A stretch of 64,000 bases of DNA from an uncultured Nitrospiraceae bacterium (GCA_963730935.1 CAVSTP010000002.1:864001-928000); one strand, 5' to 3'. Counted from the first letter of the stretch, positions 10,921-21,366 are shown. The notes: generated by a model from the sequence alone, not told the origin. Made by a program: numbers and translations.

Positions 10921-13458
10921 TTAGGAAGAAACCCCTGCTGTTCCGATAATTTGAGCGATCGCCACAGGTCGTTGAACGCCTTTCAATTTAATTTCTCCAA
11001 TCGATTCGACGCTGACGAGTTCCTTGACCAACGTGACGACTCGATCGGAAATGAGAATCTGACCATGTTGTGCCTCACTGCACAAGTGAGCAGCTAAGTT
11101 GGTAACCGGCCCGATCGCGGCGTAGTCCTTGCGTCCTTCAAATCCAATGGCACCTATCGTGGCATAGCCCGTCGCGATGCCTATCCCTGCGCCGAGTTGT
11201 ATACCCTGTGTCTTCCATACATCCCGCAATAAGTCCACCGCCTGCCGCATGGCGAGGGCCAATCTCACCGCTTGCTGTGCATGATTAGGACAAGGGAGCG
11301 GATCATTAAAATAGATCATCACTGCATCGCCCACGAACCGTTCTAACGTACCTCCATATTCAGAAATCAGGCGGCCCATAACCGTCTGATAGTCACGAAG
11401 AACGGTCATGACTTCTTCAGGTGCTGCGCTCTCGACAAAGGCAGTGAAGCCCCGCAGATCAATAAACAACACTGTGATCTCTTCTCGATGCCCCTTCAGA
11501 AAATCTTCATGCTCTCCGGACATAATCATCTCAGCGAGGTTGGGTGGCAGGAATCTAGCGATTTTCTCCTTCTGTAACTGCACAAGCTCCCGTTCTTGCG
11601 CCCGTGTGCGAATCAAGTTTCCGACGCGTGCCAACAATTCAAGTTCGTCGAACGGCTTGGACAGGTAATCATCGGCCCCTGCATCCAAGCTTTCGATCCG
11701 AGCCTCAGTCCCCGCCCGGGCGGTGAGGAAAATCACAGGGACGGACTGAAGGCCTTTGTCATGCCGGATAGCCTGCAAGAGGTCATGCCCGCTCATTTTT
11801 GGCATCATGACGTCCGTCACGATCAATTCCGGATGATGGCGCTGAGCTTGCTCCAATCCTTCGGCGCCATCCTTTGCCAACACAATCCGATAGTCCTTTC
11901 GCAGGATCCGTTCAACATACCTGCGCATGTCGGCATTGTCATCGACGACCAATATCAGTGGCGCATTCATCTTTGGGGTGGGGCTGCTAAATGTCTCTTC
12001 CTCTTGTTTCTCGTCCGGCTGGAGAGGAAGAAGGGTGTAATCGTCCTCTTCTTCCGACACGGCAAAGCCATGGTCTTGAGTGATGTTTCCACGAGGAAAT
12101 GTCATGGTGAAGATGGAGCCACGTCCTAAGTCGCTTTCTACCACGATCGTTCCGTCATGGAGCGCGACGATCTCCTTAACCAGTGCCAATCCGATTCCAC
12201 TACCTTCGTATCGTCTCGTCGCACCTCCTTCAACTTGCGTGAAGCGGTCGAAGATGCGTGCCAATTGGTCGCGGGGAATGCCAATGCCATTGTCCTCAAT
12301 CTCCAACTCAATAGCGTGCTCCTTGGAGACAAGCCGGATCCACACTTGCCCGATCTGAGGATCGCTGAATTTGAAGGCGTTAGAAAGCAAGTTGTACAAA
12401 ATCTTCTTCAATTGTCGGGCGTCAGCTTCTATTGGCACCGGTTCCGTCAGACCTTTGAGATGGATCCGGCGGGTGGGACTGGAATCGAAATTTGTCACGA
12501 CGCCTCGGACTAAGGCAGCGAAATCGATACACCGTTTTCTGAGTGTCGCTCGACCACTGTCAAACTTAGCTAGATCCAATAATTCATTGATAAGAAAGAG
12601 CAGCCTGGAGGCATTCCGTATTCCGCCCTTGACGAGGTCATGAACTTCTTCGCTCAGTGAACTCTTTAACAGCGTTCCAAAGGCACCCAACGTGAGAGTG
12701 AGAGGCGTGCGAATTTCATGGCTGATGTTGGCGAAGAAGTCGCTTTTCAAGCGATCCAGTTCAAGCAGTTTCCGATTGGAGACTTCCAACTCCCGTCGAG
12801 CCTGGCGTTCGAAGACTCGGGCTTGAAACTCGGCTCGCTGCAATCGTTCGTACAGCGAAACCGAGAACAAGATGGCCACGCAAGTCCACACAAGAAAGAA
12901 TGAGTTTTCGATGGCTCTGTTGATATCAACGGTGGTCGTATGTGAGAACCAATTGGCCCCGTAATACGCAGCAAGCGTTCCGGCTTGGGCGAGCCAATGG
13001 ATGGGCCAGGAAACAGGCACGATGACGGCTGCGGCTAAAAAGACGAGATTGAGACCGTTGTAGTACTGCGCCGCAAAGCCCCCGAGCACGATGGTCATTT
13101 TGACGATGCACAAATTGCCGATTAATACCCACAGCACGACAAGCGTACTCGGAGGTATAACTGCCGGCCTTATCCGCACAATGAGAAAGCCACAGAGGAG
13201 GCCAACTTCTAAGACGAGGCGAATGTTGAAGAGTGTCTCGAGATGCTCTCGGTAGAGGAGTACGTCGGCGACGATGAAGACAGGATTCGCAACCAATCCA
13301 AGGATATACAGGAGTGTGAGTCGTTCCCAAACAAAGCCCGCGCGCCAATCAGTGTAGTTGCCCGACTCCGGAGACTGTGAAGGATCATCCTTGGCCGTTA
13401 TGAGCTGGTAGAGATAGCTGCGGAACTTGGAAACCACCAGTCCAGGACTCGCGATCAC
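10921..13458 (-). CDS. Membrane hybrid histidine kinase with receiver and class III adenylate/guanylate cyclase domain (start uncertain)
   Basis: About 6 TM helices; ANISHEIRTPL; NLLSNAFKF, DNGIG, GSGIGL; DVMMP; FIDLRGFT...GDAV. Confidence 0.9.
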   Translation of the reverse strand: MIASPGLVVSKFRSYLYQLITAKDDPSQSPESGNYTDWRAGFVWERLTLLYILGLVANPVFIVADVLLYREHLETLFNIRLVLEVGLLCGFLIVRIRPAVIPPSTLVVLWVLIGNLCIVKMTIVLGGFAAQYYNGLNLVFLAAAVIVPVSWPIHWLAQAGTLAAYYGANWFSHTTTVDINRAIENSFFLVWTCVAILFSVSLYERLQRAEFQARVFERQARRELEVSNRKLLELDRLKSDFFANISHEIRTPLTLTLGAFGTLLKSSLSEEVHDLVKGGIRNASRLLFLINELLDLAKFDSGRATLRKRCIDFAALVRGVVTNFDSSPTRRIHLKGLTEPVPIEADARQLKKILYNLLSNAFKFSDPQIGQVWIRLVSKEHAIELEIEDNGIGIPRDQLARIFDRFTQVEGGATRRYEGSGIGLALVKEIVALHDGTIVVESDLGRGSIFTMTFPRGNITQDHGFAVSEEEDDYTLLPLQPDEKQEEETFSSPTPKMNAPLILVVDDNADMRRYVERILRKDYRIVLAKDGAEGLEQAQRHHPELIVTDVMMPKMSGHDLLQAIRHDKGLQSVPVIFLTARAGTEARIESLDAGADDYLSKPFDELELLARVGNLIRTRAQERELVQLQKEKIARFLPPNLAEMIMSGEHEDFLKGHREEITVLFIDLRGFTAFVESAAPEEVMTVLRDYQTVMGRLISEYGGTLERFVGDAVMIYFNDPLPCPNHAQQAVRLALAMRQAVDLLRDVWKTQGIQLGAGIGIATGYATIGAIGFEGRKDYAAIGPVTNLAAHLCSEAQHGQILISDRVVTLVKELVSVESIGEIKLKGVQRPVAIAQIIGTAGVSS

Positions 13459-13459
13459 G

Positions 13460-14833
13460 TCAGAACCTATAACTGATAGTGTTGTAAATGTAATAGGCAC
13501 TCACGGATTCCGTTGCGTTCGGACCGAAAGGCAGTGACGCATTCGTATACGTCACGGTGTTTTTCAAGCCGTAAATGCCACCCAGATCATAAGCCCATCG
13601 TTCCGTAAAGCGGAACCCGAAACCACCCGCAAAGTGGTGCTCGAGAATCAGCGGAGCGATTGGGCTCAGTGTTTGATTTGGAACGGGATTATTATTGTAA
13701 TTGTAGCCCGCTCTGACAACTAGCCGATTGCTGTCTTTCCAGGACGGTTCTTGCATAAGGGCGTAAGAGAATCCCAGGGCGACCACAACCTGGTCTTTCC
13801 AATTAAACGGAATGCTCAACGTCACCTGAGAAGGAGCCAGCGGGTTGCTGGGGTTGGTCGCAGTTATATCAATGTTGTGAATGGTGGCCCAGTTGATCCA
13901 ACTGGTCGTCAGCGCCATCGTGAACTGCTCTGTCGGTTTGGCAGCCATGGAGACATCGACCTGCTGTGGCCATTTGATGCCAGCTACCTGTGCATCATAG
14001 GTCACGTTTCCCAAGCCAAATGCCGAGAAATTTAGGGTCGATTGACCGTTGGTGTAATTAAAACTTACTGGGGAGGTATATGTCGCTCCGACCGTCAACC
14101 ATGGAAGGGCACGGTACATGGCTCCTACCTTCACTCCAAACACGACGTCTGAAGGGCATTCGTCTCCCAGGCCACCGAGCCCACCGTTCCGCGCACAGCG
14201 GTCACGGATGTTGAAGCCCGCAAACCCCGTGGGAAGGCCAGCGGAAGGGAGCACAGAAGTGCCGGGAAACAAGCGCAACGACACATCGGAATATCCAATG
14301 CTCGGTGCAATTCCAAAGGATAGCTTATCGGAAACTTCATAGCTCAATGCCATAGCAAATTTAAAGTAGCGCAGAAAAGAAGACTCATCATCGCGAGTGC
14401 CGAAGGCCGTCATAAGGTTTCGAAAATCTGTCCCGAATCCTCCCTGGGTAAATATTCCAGCACCAATAGTTAAACCAGGCACTGAGGGAAGCCGAGTGGC
14501 AAACCCGAGATTTCCCAACGCGAAAGCATTCGCCTGGCCAGCAACATTGGTGTTTCCAAAAACGTCCGAGTGATTCAAAAATGCCTGCAGTACACCGGCG
14601 GTGAAATCGAAACGAGTTCCGTCGATTAACGATAGAGCGGCGGGATTCGTGTTGATGGCGGAGGTATCGGCAATTGCGACATGGCCGGATCCAGCCATCG
14701 CTGTCGACTCAGCGGAGAATCCGATCAGTTGAGCGCCGTTGATACCGTAGACCGTCTTGGGAATGAAGAGAGTGGAGCTAAGGCCAAAGAATAGGAGTAA
14801 CCACTTTGCAAACGGCTTCGTGGTCAGCACCAT
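13460..14833 (-). CDS. FadL/OmpP1-family outer-membrane transporter
   Basis: Signal peptide, AMAG...NPAAL hatch motif, beta-strand pattern, C-terminal YRF. Confidence 0.85.
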   Translation of the reverse strand: MVLTTKPFAKWLLLFFGLSSTLFIPKTVYGINGAQLIGFSAESTAMAGSGHVAIADTSAINTNPAALSLIDGTRFDFTAGVLQAFLNHSDVFGNTNVAGQANAFALGNLGFATRLPSVPGLTIGAGIFTQGGFGTDFRNLMTAFGTRDDESSFLRYFKFAMALSYEVSDKLSFGIAPSIGYSDVSLRLFPGTSVLPSAGLPTGFAGFNIRDRCARNGGLGGLGDECPSDVVFGVKVGAMYRALPWLTVGATYTSPVSFNYTNGQSTLNFSAFGLGNVTYDAQVAGIKWPQQVDVSMAAKPTEQFTMALTTSWINWATIHNIDITATNPSNPLAPSQVTLSIPFNWKDQVVVALGFSYALMQEPSWKDSNRLVVRAGYNYNNNPVPNQTLSPIAPLILEHHFAGGFGFRFTERWAYDLGGIYGLKNTVTYTNASLPFGPNATESVSAYYIYNTISYRF

Positions 14834-15111
14834 CTTAATTCCACGTTGTTCGCCAACTGCGAGTGCTTGGGATAAAGATCAAGATATTTTAATCCCGCGC
14901 AGCGAAGCCGATTCTAGAAAACGCTAGTAAGACGCGCAATAGGGCCGAATGGGGAATGCATGAATACGTGTATTTCTATGGGGGGGCTTCATCCAGGAGA
15001 GGCTTTGTTGACTTTTGGCAGCGTTGTGCAGGCCAAAACAAATTCACAAGTGTCGGGCCTGGCCGGATCCTTTTTAGTGGTCCGTCTATGGCAACCGGAT
15101 TATCTGGATAT

Positions 15112-16419
15112 TCAAGAAAGAAGGGACTTCAGAGGTCGAAGGGGCAAATAAATATGAAACGTTGTTCCGAGATCCAGTTGACTCTCCACCGAAATTTTCC
15201 CGTTGTGAGCATCCACCACGTCCTTAACAATCTTCGTCCCAAGCCCAGTGCCCCCGCGCTTACTACTCTTGGCCGCGGGGGTAAACAGTGTGTCGCGGAT
15301 TTCGGGCGGCATTCCTTTTCCGGTGTCTGATACCGTGATATGAATGGACACGCCCACCGGTTCTTCTTTGGCAGCGACTGTAATACTTCCTTTCGGGGAC
15401 ACTTCAGGAATGGCGTTGTTAATGAGGTTGTATAGGGCATTGAACAGCCGCCGATCGTCAGCCACAATTTCAGGGACCCGGTCAAGCCCAGAAGTTTGGA
15501 TGGCCACTTTCTTCTGTTCGGCCCACCAGCTGAGCGTCTCGATGACTTCTTTCACAATTCGATCGAGCCGGCATGGTGCGAACACCGGTGGTGAGGTGAG
15601 CCCCTTCACGCAATCGGCAATCTCCTTCACGCGGTCTTGTATTCGGCGTGTCGAGTTGTTGACCATCTGGACCACATCTTGGCATCGATCGAACCGTTCT
15701 TTCGCCCGCCCGTCTTTATGGCTGAGAGCGTCTTGCAGCAGCTCTTGGAGGTCGCCCTGCATCAATTCTGCCCCGCAGACCACCGGCATCAGAAGATTCT
15801 TGATGTCATGGCCAATATCGCCAAGCACCTGGACTACTTCTGCTAATTTCGCCTCTTGGTATAGGCGAGCCCGCTCGATGGACGAAGCCGTGATCGCAGA
15901 CACAATGGTCAAAATGGCGAGGTCCTCTCCATTGAGCAAACCTTCCCGCTTGTTCATCACTTGAAGCACGCCAATCGGGTCGCCTTCCCAGCGCTTCAAG
16001 GGAAGGGTGATGAGATCCCGCGTGCGATAGCCGGTCAATCGATCGACCGACTCGAGATGACGTGGATCCTTTTGTGCGTCAGGAGTGACGATGGGGTTCC
16101 CGGATTGAAACACCGTGCCGGCAAAGCCTTTATCCCAAGGAATCGAAGTCCCAGAGGGCACTGAAGTGGTGCCAATGGAATGATGAAATATCAATTGTTC
16201 CGAAGGCGGGTCGGCCAATAAAATTGACCCGCATTCGGCATTAACCACCTCGATGGCAATCTGCAGCGCCTTGACGACCAATTCATCGAGTGCGAGATGT
16301 TCGAATAACGCGTTTGTAATTCGCGTGGCCGCCTCAATTTCTCTTTCGCAGCGCAGCCGTCGCCTATCCTTATACCGTCGTTCGATATGCCGTCGATCTT
16401 CTTTGGGTCCAGGAAACAT
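15112..16419 (-). CDS. GAF-domain histidine kinase
   Basis: GAF with IGVLQVMNK; GHDIKNLL; NLINNA, DTGKG, GTGLG. Confidence 0.9.
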   Translation of the reverse strand: MFPGPKEDRRHIERRYKDRRRLRCEREIEAATRITNALFEHLALDELVVKALQIAIEVVNAECGSILLADPPSEQLIFHHSIGTTSVPSGTSIPWDKGFAGTVFQSGNPIVTPDAQKDPRHLESVDRLTGYRTRDLITLPLKRWEGDPIGVLQVMNKREGLLNGEDLAILTIVSAITASSIERARLYQEAKLAEVVQVLGDIGHDIKNLLMPVVCGAELMQGDLQELLQDALSHKDGRAKERFDRCQDVVQMVNNSTRRIQDRVKEIADCVKGLTSPPVFAPCRLDRIVKEVIETLSWWAEQKKVAIQTSGLDRVPEIVADDRRLFNALYNLINNAIPEVSPKGSITVAAKEEPVGVSIHITVSDTGKGMPPEIRDTLFTPAAKSSKRGGTGLGTKIVKDVVDAHNGKISVESQLDLGTTFHIYLPLRPLKSLLS

Positions 16420-16581
16420 TCCAAACTCAATGTTGTTTCAGGCGAGGCTTTTCTCGCGATCGAAAAGCTCGACCAGAGGAGCGGGAGCATAGCATGTTTG
16501 CAAACTCCTTGCGATAAGAGCAGGTCTAGAAATAAGGCAGGTGAGGTCGTTTCCTAACCCCGGCCGAACTCTAGGCTCCTA

Positions 16582-16664
16582 GATCGCGCCGGGAATGTCC
16601 AGCATCGCCGTCTGCAAAGCCGGCGCTGGAGGAAGCCCCGTAATTTAAGCGTCTCCCGCGACAA
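16582..16664 (-). pseudogene. Fragment of an ftsH 3' end
   Basis: Reverse complement matches 40658-40759 with about 4 substitutions and a roughly 19-bp gap. Confidence 0.85.
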
Positions 16665-17028
16665 CGGTTGATGAGCGTCTTCGGACTGAGCCGTCAAGTC
16701 TCCCTATCAGGTGTCTTCTGACTCTGATCTGCTACCACGGTGCTACCAGGACAGGACAACTCAGGCCCATCTGTACTCGCTTCTGGAGCAACCTCTTTTG
16801 TGGCTTCTTGTGGGGTTAGGTTGGGGAAGGTTAGGCTTTCGGAAATTCGTAAACCGCAGGTCGCCTCTAGCTTCCAGGTGCAATGACTGACCGGTCATTG
16901 CACGTCTTAAAGACTCCTAAAAAAAGGGTGCGCCTGGGGTGCGTAGGGTGCGAAATCGTGGCATGGTTTGGCAGGGGTTGACACTGGAAACTCCACGATT
17001 CGCACGCCATTCACACTCGTCTAGCTAA

Positions 17029-17053
17029 TTCGAAACCCGTCATCCACCCCAGC
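17029..17053 (+). repeat. att-like direct repeat of tRNA-His 3' end (copy 2)
   Basis: TTCGAAACCCGTCATCCACCCCAGC identical to 9474-9498. Confidence 0.95.
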
Positions 17054-17059
17054 CCCCTT

Positions 17060-17580
17060 CCTCGTAACTGCTGGAGAATGCAGCCGATCCGATGAGGTGG
17101 CTCCCGGGAAAACGGGGGCCGGTTGCGCCGGGGTTGCAGATTCGGGCCTCAACGACCGTTCTTCGACACCGACATCCAGACGGTCGACCCGCGTGTTTGT
17201 TCCCACCCGGAATGAGATGCCCATAGACATCGACGGTGACCTGGATAGAACAATGGCCCATCTGCTCTTTCACATACACGGGATTCTCGCCGTTCTGGAG
17301 CAAGAGGGAGGCAAACGTATGACGAAGATCATGGAAGCGCACCTGCCGTACGCCGGCGCCCTTCAACAACCGGAAAAATCGAAGACGCACCCAGTTCTGA
17401 TGGAAGGGCTTGCCTTGATGGTCACAGAAAACCCAGGGTGAAGCGGCGTCCTGATCGTGCGTGGCCGCGTCTAACTGTCGATCGAATTGCAAGGCCTCCA
17501 GGGTCGCCGTCAGTTGTTGAGAGAGGTCGATGCGACGGGAGTCCCCGCTCCAGTCCCTTTGTGGAAGAAGCGCTCCGGTA
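17060..17580 (-). pseudogene. Tyrosine integrase, C-terminal remnant with frameshift
   Basis: RFHDLRHTFASLLLQNGENPVYVKEQMGH...DVYGH; tail VDRLD is in another frame; N-terminal domains missing. Confidence 0.88.
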
Positions 17581-17753
17581 TCAAGATCACCCCGACTTAG
17601 CGCCTTTCCTTGTGGGGAGCGGAGCAGCACAAGGAGGTCTTTGGCATGCTCAGCAAAGGTGTAAATGGTCTGTCGAACGTCCAATGACCACGCAGGACGG
17701 CGATCATGCAGAATTGGGGCGATGAAGCCCCTATCGAACTTTACGAGCGAGCA

Positions 17754-17900
17754 TCAAGCAGCGATCACCGGTCTCGGTTTGTCACCTGCGTGCCATCGAC
17801 GGAAACAGTTGACGCACACGTACTGAAGAATCGAAGTCCCCTTCCGCAGATCTACGACTTCTTCGGGCATGAGTGTGCCGTCACATTTCCAGCATCGCAT
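17754..17900 (-). CDS. Small CxxC...CxxC zinc-ribbon protein
   Basis: MRCWKCDGTLMPEEVVD...YVCVNC; start could be upstream. Confidence 0.55.
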   Translation of the reverse strand: MRCWKCDGTLMPEEVVDLRKGTSILQYVCVNCFRRWHAGDKPRPVIAA

Positions 17901-18419
17901 CGGAAACCTTGGTCTTCCAACGTGTGCTTCGAGACGATTGTCTTTGTAGGGCACGTAATCCTCCTTGGCCAGGTTCTTGAGTTGCTGATCCAACAGGACG
18001 ACTGGGTGCCGGGCCAGGGTCTTGGTCATCGGCTGCTCCACTTTCCAGTCGTCAGTCGAGATGATTTTTCGGCCTCGTAGGGCATAACGATTTGGAAGTT
18101 TACGACTTCTAATTTTATGCCTTCTCCAAAAAAACATATGTAACGGTGCGCAGATGATGGTGGACGGTGATGGCGATGAAACTGGGATTTCTGAAGTGGT
18201 GAAACCATAGCAGGACCAATTAACAAAGTCTTTAGTCCATTGAGTCCTGGAAGTAGCCCTAGAGCTGTCGCACCGTAGTGCCACTGGGCCTTTGGGAAGT
18301 CGGTGCAAGTCCGTAGGAATCGCTGTCGATGGCGACTGAAACTCGAGCCAGGGTCCTCGCCTCAAAAGCACACCACTTGTGATCTAAGAAAAAGCTCTAC
18401 AAAGGGCTCTAAAGAGGGA

Positions 18420-18495
18420 ACAAGTAGTGAAACTGATGCCGTCAGTTGTTGTCATGGACATTAATATGCCAGGAATGAACGGCATGTAGGCGACC
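18420..18495 (+). pseudogene. Receiver-domain fragment
   Basis: PSVVVMDINMPGMNGM then an in-frame TAG. Confidence 0.6.
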
Positions 18496-18810
18496 GGGCC
18501 GATCATGCCAGCGAGCGTGGCCTGAATTGACAGTGGTTTCTAACTAGCTCTTCGGCGTCTGCGGATCTTGGGTGATGATCTCTTCAACCAGGGAATCATT
18601 GAAGTGTTGGGTAGTTCTTGGGGCTCCTTACGCGTTCTTAGGTAGGTCCTCCAGCCTTTACCAGATGCGGGTTTGCGGCCTGCTTGCTTTTTTGCCATCG
18701 CATTATCGTACCACATGAAGTGTTATGCGGTTGTCGTTGTTGGGTGCATATGCGGTTTGAAAATGCGGTGGAATACCCCTCGCTGGACGTGGCGACGTGC
18801 AAGGTAGTTC

Positions 18811-19218
18811 ATGCCTAAAAAAACAGGCAAGCTTCGTTATTTCTTTGTTGGTGAGGATGACTCCTTTAACCGGATCTATTTGACGAAGTACGAACGAATT
18901 TGCGATAGGACTGAGCCGATCACTCTCTATGCCGGAAAGGCGCTCCGATTTATCGAGACGTTCATTGAATGTGATGAAGATGGGAATGAAGAGCTTCTTC
19001 GTGCGTGCTTCATCCGACATCAATTCGATGAACAAGGTCTGTGGAACAAGGACGAAAAAGAGCGGGTAATGCGCGGCGCGAGGGAGGGAGTCTCAGTTGT
19101 TGGGAAAGGCGACTACATGGAGGAACTCACAAAGCCGAGCATCGATCCTTCCCGATGGACCCCAACTCCTGAAATGGTGCAACGGTTTAGCACTAAGGAG
19201 CTCGGGATCCGAATTTGA
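18811..19218 (+). CDS. Hypothetical protein, chimeric copy of 23830..24243
   Basis: Near-identical duplicate with a C-terminus taken from 24761-24788. Confidence 0.55.
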   Translation: MPKKTGKLRYFFVGEDDSFNRIYLTKYERICDRTEPITLYAGKALRFIETFIECDEDGNEELLRACFIRHQFDEQGLWNKDEKERVMRGAREGVSVVGKGDYMEELTKPSIDPSRWTPTPEMVQRFSTKELGIRI

Positions 19219-19219
19219 A

Positions 19220-19615
19220 TTGCTTCGCATTCTTGTCGTCGATGATTTTGGCCCCTTTAGGGAGGCCCTCTGCAGCTTTTTTCTAGGCTACGAAACCTTA
19301 ACCGTCGTCGGTGAGGCCGCAGACGGAGACGAAGCCATTGAGCTGGCCTTTCGACTCGCTCCTCACGTCATCATTATGGATGTGAAAATGCCTCGCAAAA
19401 GTGGAGTTGAGGCCACTCAGCAAATCAAGCACGCGCTTCCAGAGATCCATGTCATTGGAGTCTCTACTCAAGATGACACGTTTCTTAAAGCCTCCATGAA
19501 AGCCGCCGGCTTTTCAACCTTCGTCACCAAAGATTGCGCCCATACCCTTCCTGATGTCATTGCCACGATTACCGGCCGCTCCATCACGAAGGATTATCTA
19601 GAAGGCGCCGCTTGA
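19220..19615 (+). CDS. Stand-alone response regulator receiver (5' end possibly truncated)
   Basis: ILVVDD, MDVKMP, FVTK. Confidence 0.75.
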   Translation: MLRILVVDDFGPFREALCSFFLGYETLTVVGEAADGDEAIELAFRLAPHVIIMDVKMPRKSGVEATQQIKHALPEIHVIGVSTQDDTFLKASMKAAGFSTFVTKDCAHTLPDVIATITGRSITKDYLEGAA

Positions 19616-19756
19616 CTCGAAAAGAAGCTGAATCGTGCGATCACATTTCACTCCCTTACGACCTCCTCTTCGGCTTCAGATAGATCCCGCAAGCCAAGCA
19701 AACTTTAGCTGCACGAATGAATTCCATTACGCCCGGGCGGACTCTGCCATACAGGA

Positions 19757-19960
19757 TTAAGCTGCTTGGAGTTTCTGGATGAAAAACTCGTAACAAGTGG
19801 GGCAGTAGTCAGGCGTCAGAAGGCAGGTAGCGGGATCAATCCCGGTTGCGTCACGATAGGCTTTTTGGGTGAGCCATCCTCCCCAGTCGTCATGCACGAG
19901 CTGACATCTCGTACAAATCTTCAGCATGGGCGGTTCTGACTTATCTGGAGAAGCGGTCAT
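19757..19960 (-). CDS. Small Cys-rich protein (CxxC...W...CPxC)
   Basis: ICTRCQLVHDDWGGW...YCPTC. Confidence 0.6.
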   Translation of the reverse strand: MTASPDKSEPPMLKICTRCQLVHDDWGGWLTQKAYRDATGIDPATCLLTPDYCPTCYEFFIQKLQAA

Positions 19961-20348
19961 TTCTTTTTTTGCTCCATTGAAGAGCAGTGTAGGAGGGTGC
20001 GAGATATCAGTGACCTGCTCAATACCCTAGGGGAAGAGCCAAATATCACTGCCCAAAACAGCCGCAAACGATGAAGCGAGGAGGTCGTAGTTCAGTGCAT
20101 AAACCCTCCATTACAGATCAATGCAGGTTTCCTCTAGCTGACAATAGCTGGACGAGCGCTAGACGCGAAAGAGGTATTTCAGCATTGCACTTTAGGGGGA
20201 GTAAAGAACTCACTTTGCCGACACTGTGTAGATCATACTTGAAGAGGTTCCGTGCACCGATATCATTCTGTCACTAAAGGCATCAGATGCTTTGCAGCCA
20301 GTCAACATCTTCCTCGCTTGAAAAATAGTGCCTAATTCTTCGCCACAG

Positions 20349-20610
20349 TGGCAAGCAGGCAATAGAACTGGTCCCTCTTTATCAGCCTCATGTCGTTCTG
20401 TTGGATTACTACATGCCGAGGATGAACGGCGTTGAGGCTGCCCGCCTCATGAAGGAGTACTGGCGAGAAAATAGCAATTATTGGACTTTGTGTGGCACTG
20501 GATAGGTCTATTACGGATGCGTTTCTGAAGGCCGGCGCCTTAGCAGTCATATAAAAGACCACGTCGATCATCTTTATTCTACGATTCAACAAGCCTGTCC
20601 CAACAGATTG
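20349..20610 (+). pseudogene. 5'-truncated, frameshifted receiver gene, inverted paralog of 21429..21830
   Basis: GKQAIELVPLYQPHVVLLDYYMPRMNGVEAARL...AFLKAGALAVI. Confidence 0.8.
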
Positions 20611-20790
20611 ATAGGTGGAGCGCCTAGAACCCAGTAGACTGAACATCGACGGTTCCCGCCGCTTTTTCGACAACTCGTAGAGCTTGTCTGTGAGCAACTG
20701 CTCTACGAGCCACTTTGCCTACTACTTCGCTCTGTGGTAAAAGATGCGGCCTCCGATCACAGCAGAACGCCACTAGAGAGGGTCTACACC

Positions 20791-20967
20791 ATGCGCCTTG
20801 CAGAGGATGTAAAAAAATTCTCAAGTGCTTGCGAGCAACTTCTGGCGACGGCGGCAATCAGCAACCGAACCCTGACAGAAGACGAGGCAAGAATTGTCCA
20901 GTACTATTGCAAGGAGCTGGCCGAGAAGCTGTTCCCACCTTCAGTGCCTAGTCAGTGCGATGTATAG
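20791..20967 (+). CDS. 58-aa helical microprotein (family A)
   Basis: MRLAEDVKKFSSACEQLLA...LTEDEARIVQYYCKELAEK; similar to 22340..22549 and 31566..31742. Confidence 0.65.
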   Translation: MRLAEDVKKFSSACEQLLATAAISNRTLTEDEARIVQYYCKELAEKLFPPSVPSQCDV

Positions 20968-21149
20968 GTCTACCGAGCCGACTTCGGGTACACTCTGAAC
21001 GGCTCCAACCTGCCAGAGTCCTATAGAGGAAATACGTCTTCTCTTGGAAGTTGGCAGGATGGCCTAATCCACGCTCCCATCAAGCCGTTTCCTATCAATC
21101 CATAGGCCGGTCAGGGGAGGTCTGCAAGACCCTCTGGCCGGTCGTTGGT

Positions 21150-21366
21150 GGGAACTTGGTTAAGACCTCGAAACCAGATAGATCAGGCAATGAGAGGTCG
21201 AGAATTACACAATGAATAGTCTGAGACTGAAACAAGCTAAGGCCGGTCTGGCCAGTCGCAGCTTCACAGATGACATGATCAGGGAAGACGACCCCCGATG
21301 GTCGGCGTAGTACCCGCGGATTGTGTCGTTGTCTTCGATAAGGAGAATTGATTTCGCGTCCGCCAT
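21150..21366 (-). pseudogene. Frameshifted receiver-domain gene
   Basis: MADAKSILLIEDND / PDHVICEAATGQTGLSLFQSQTIHCVILDLSLPDLSGFEVL. Confidence 0.75.
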
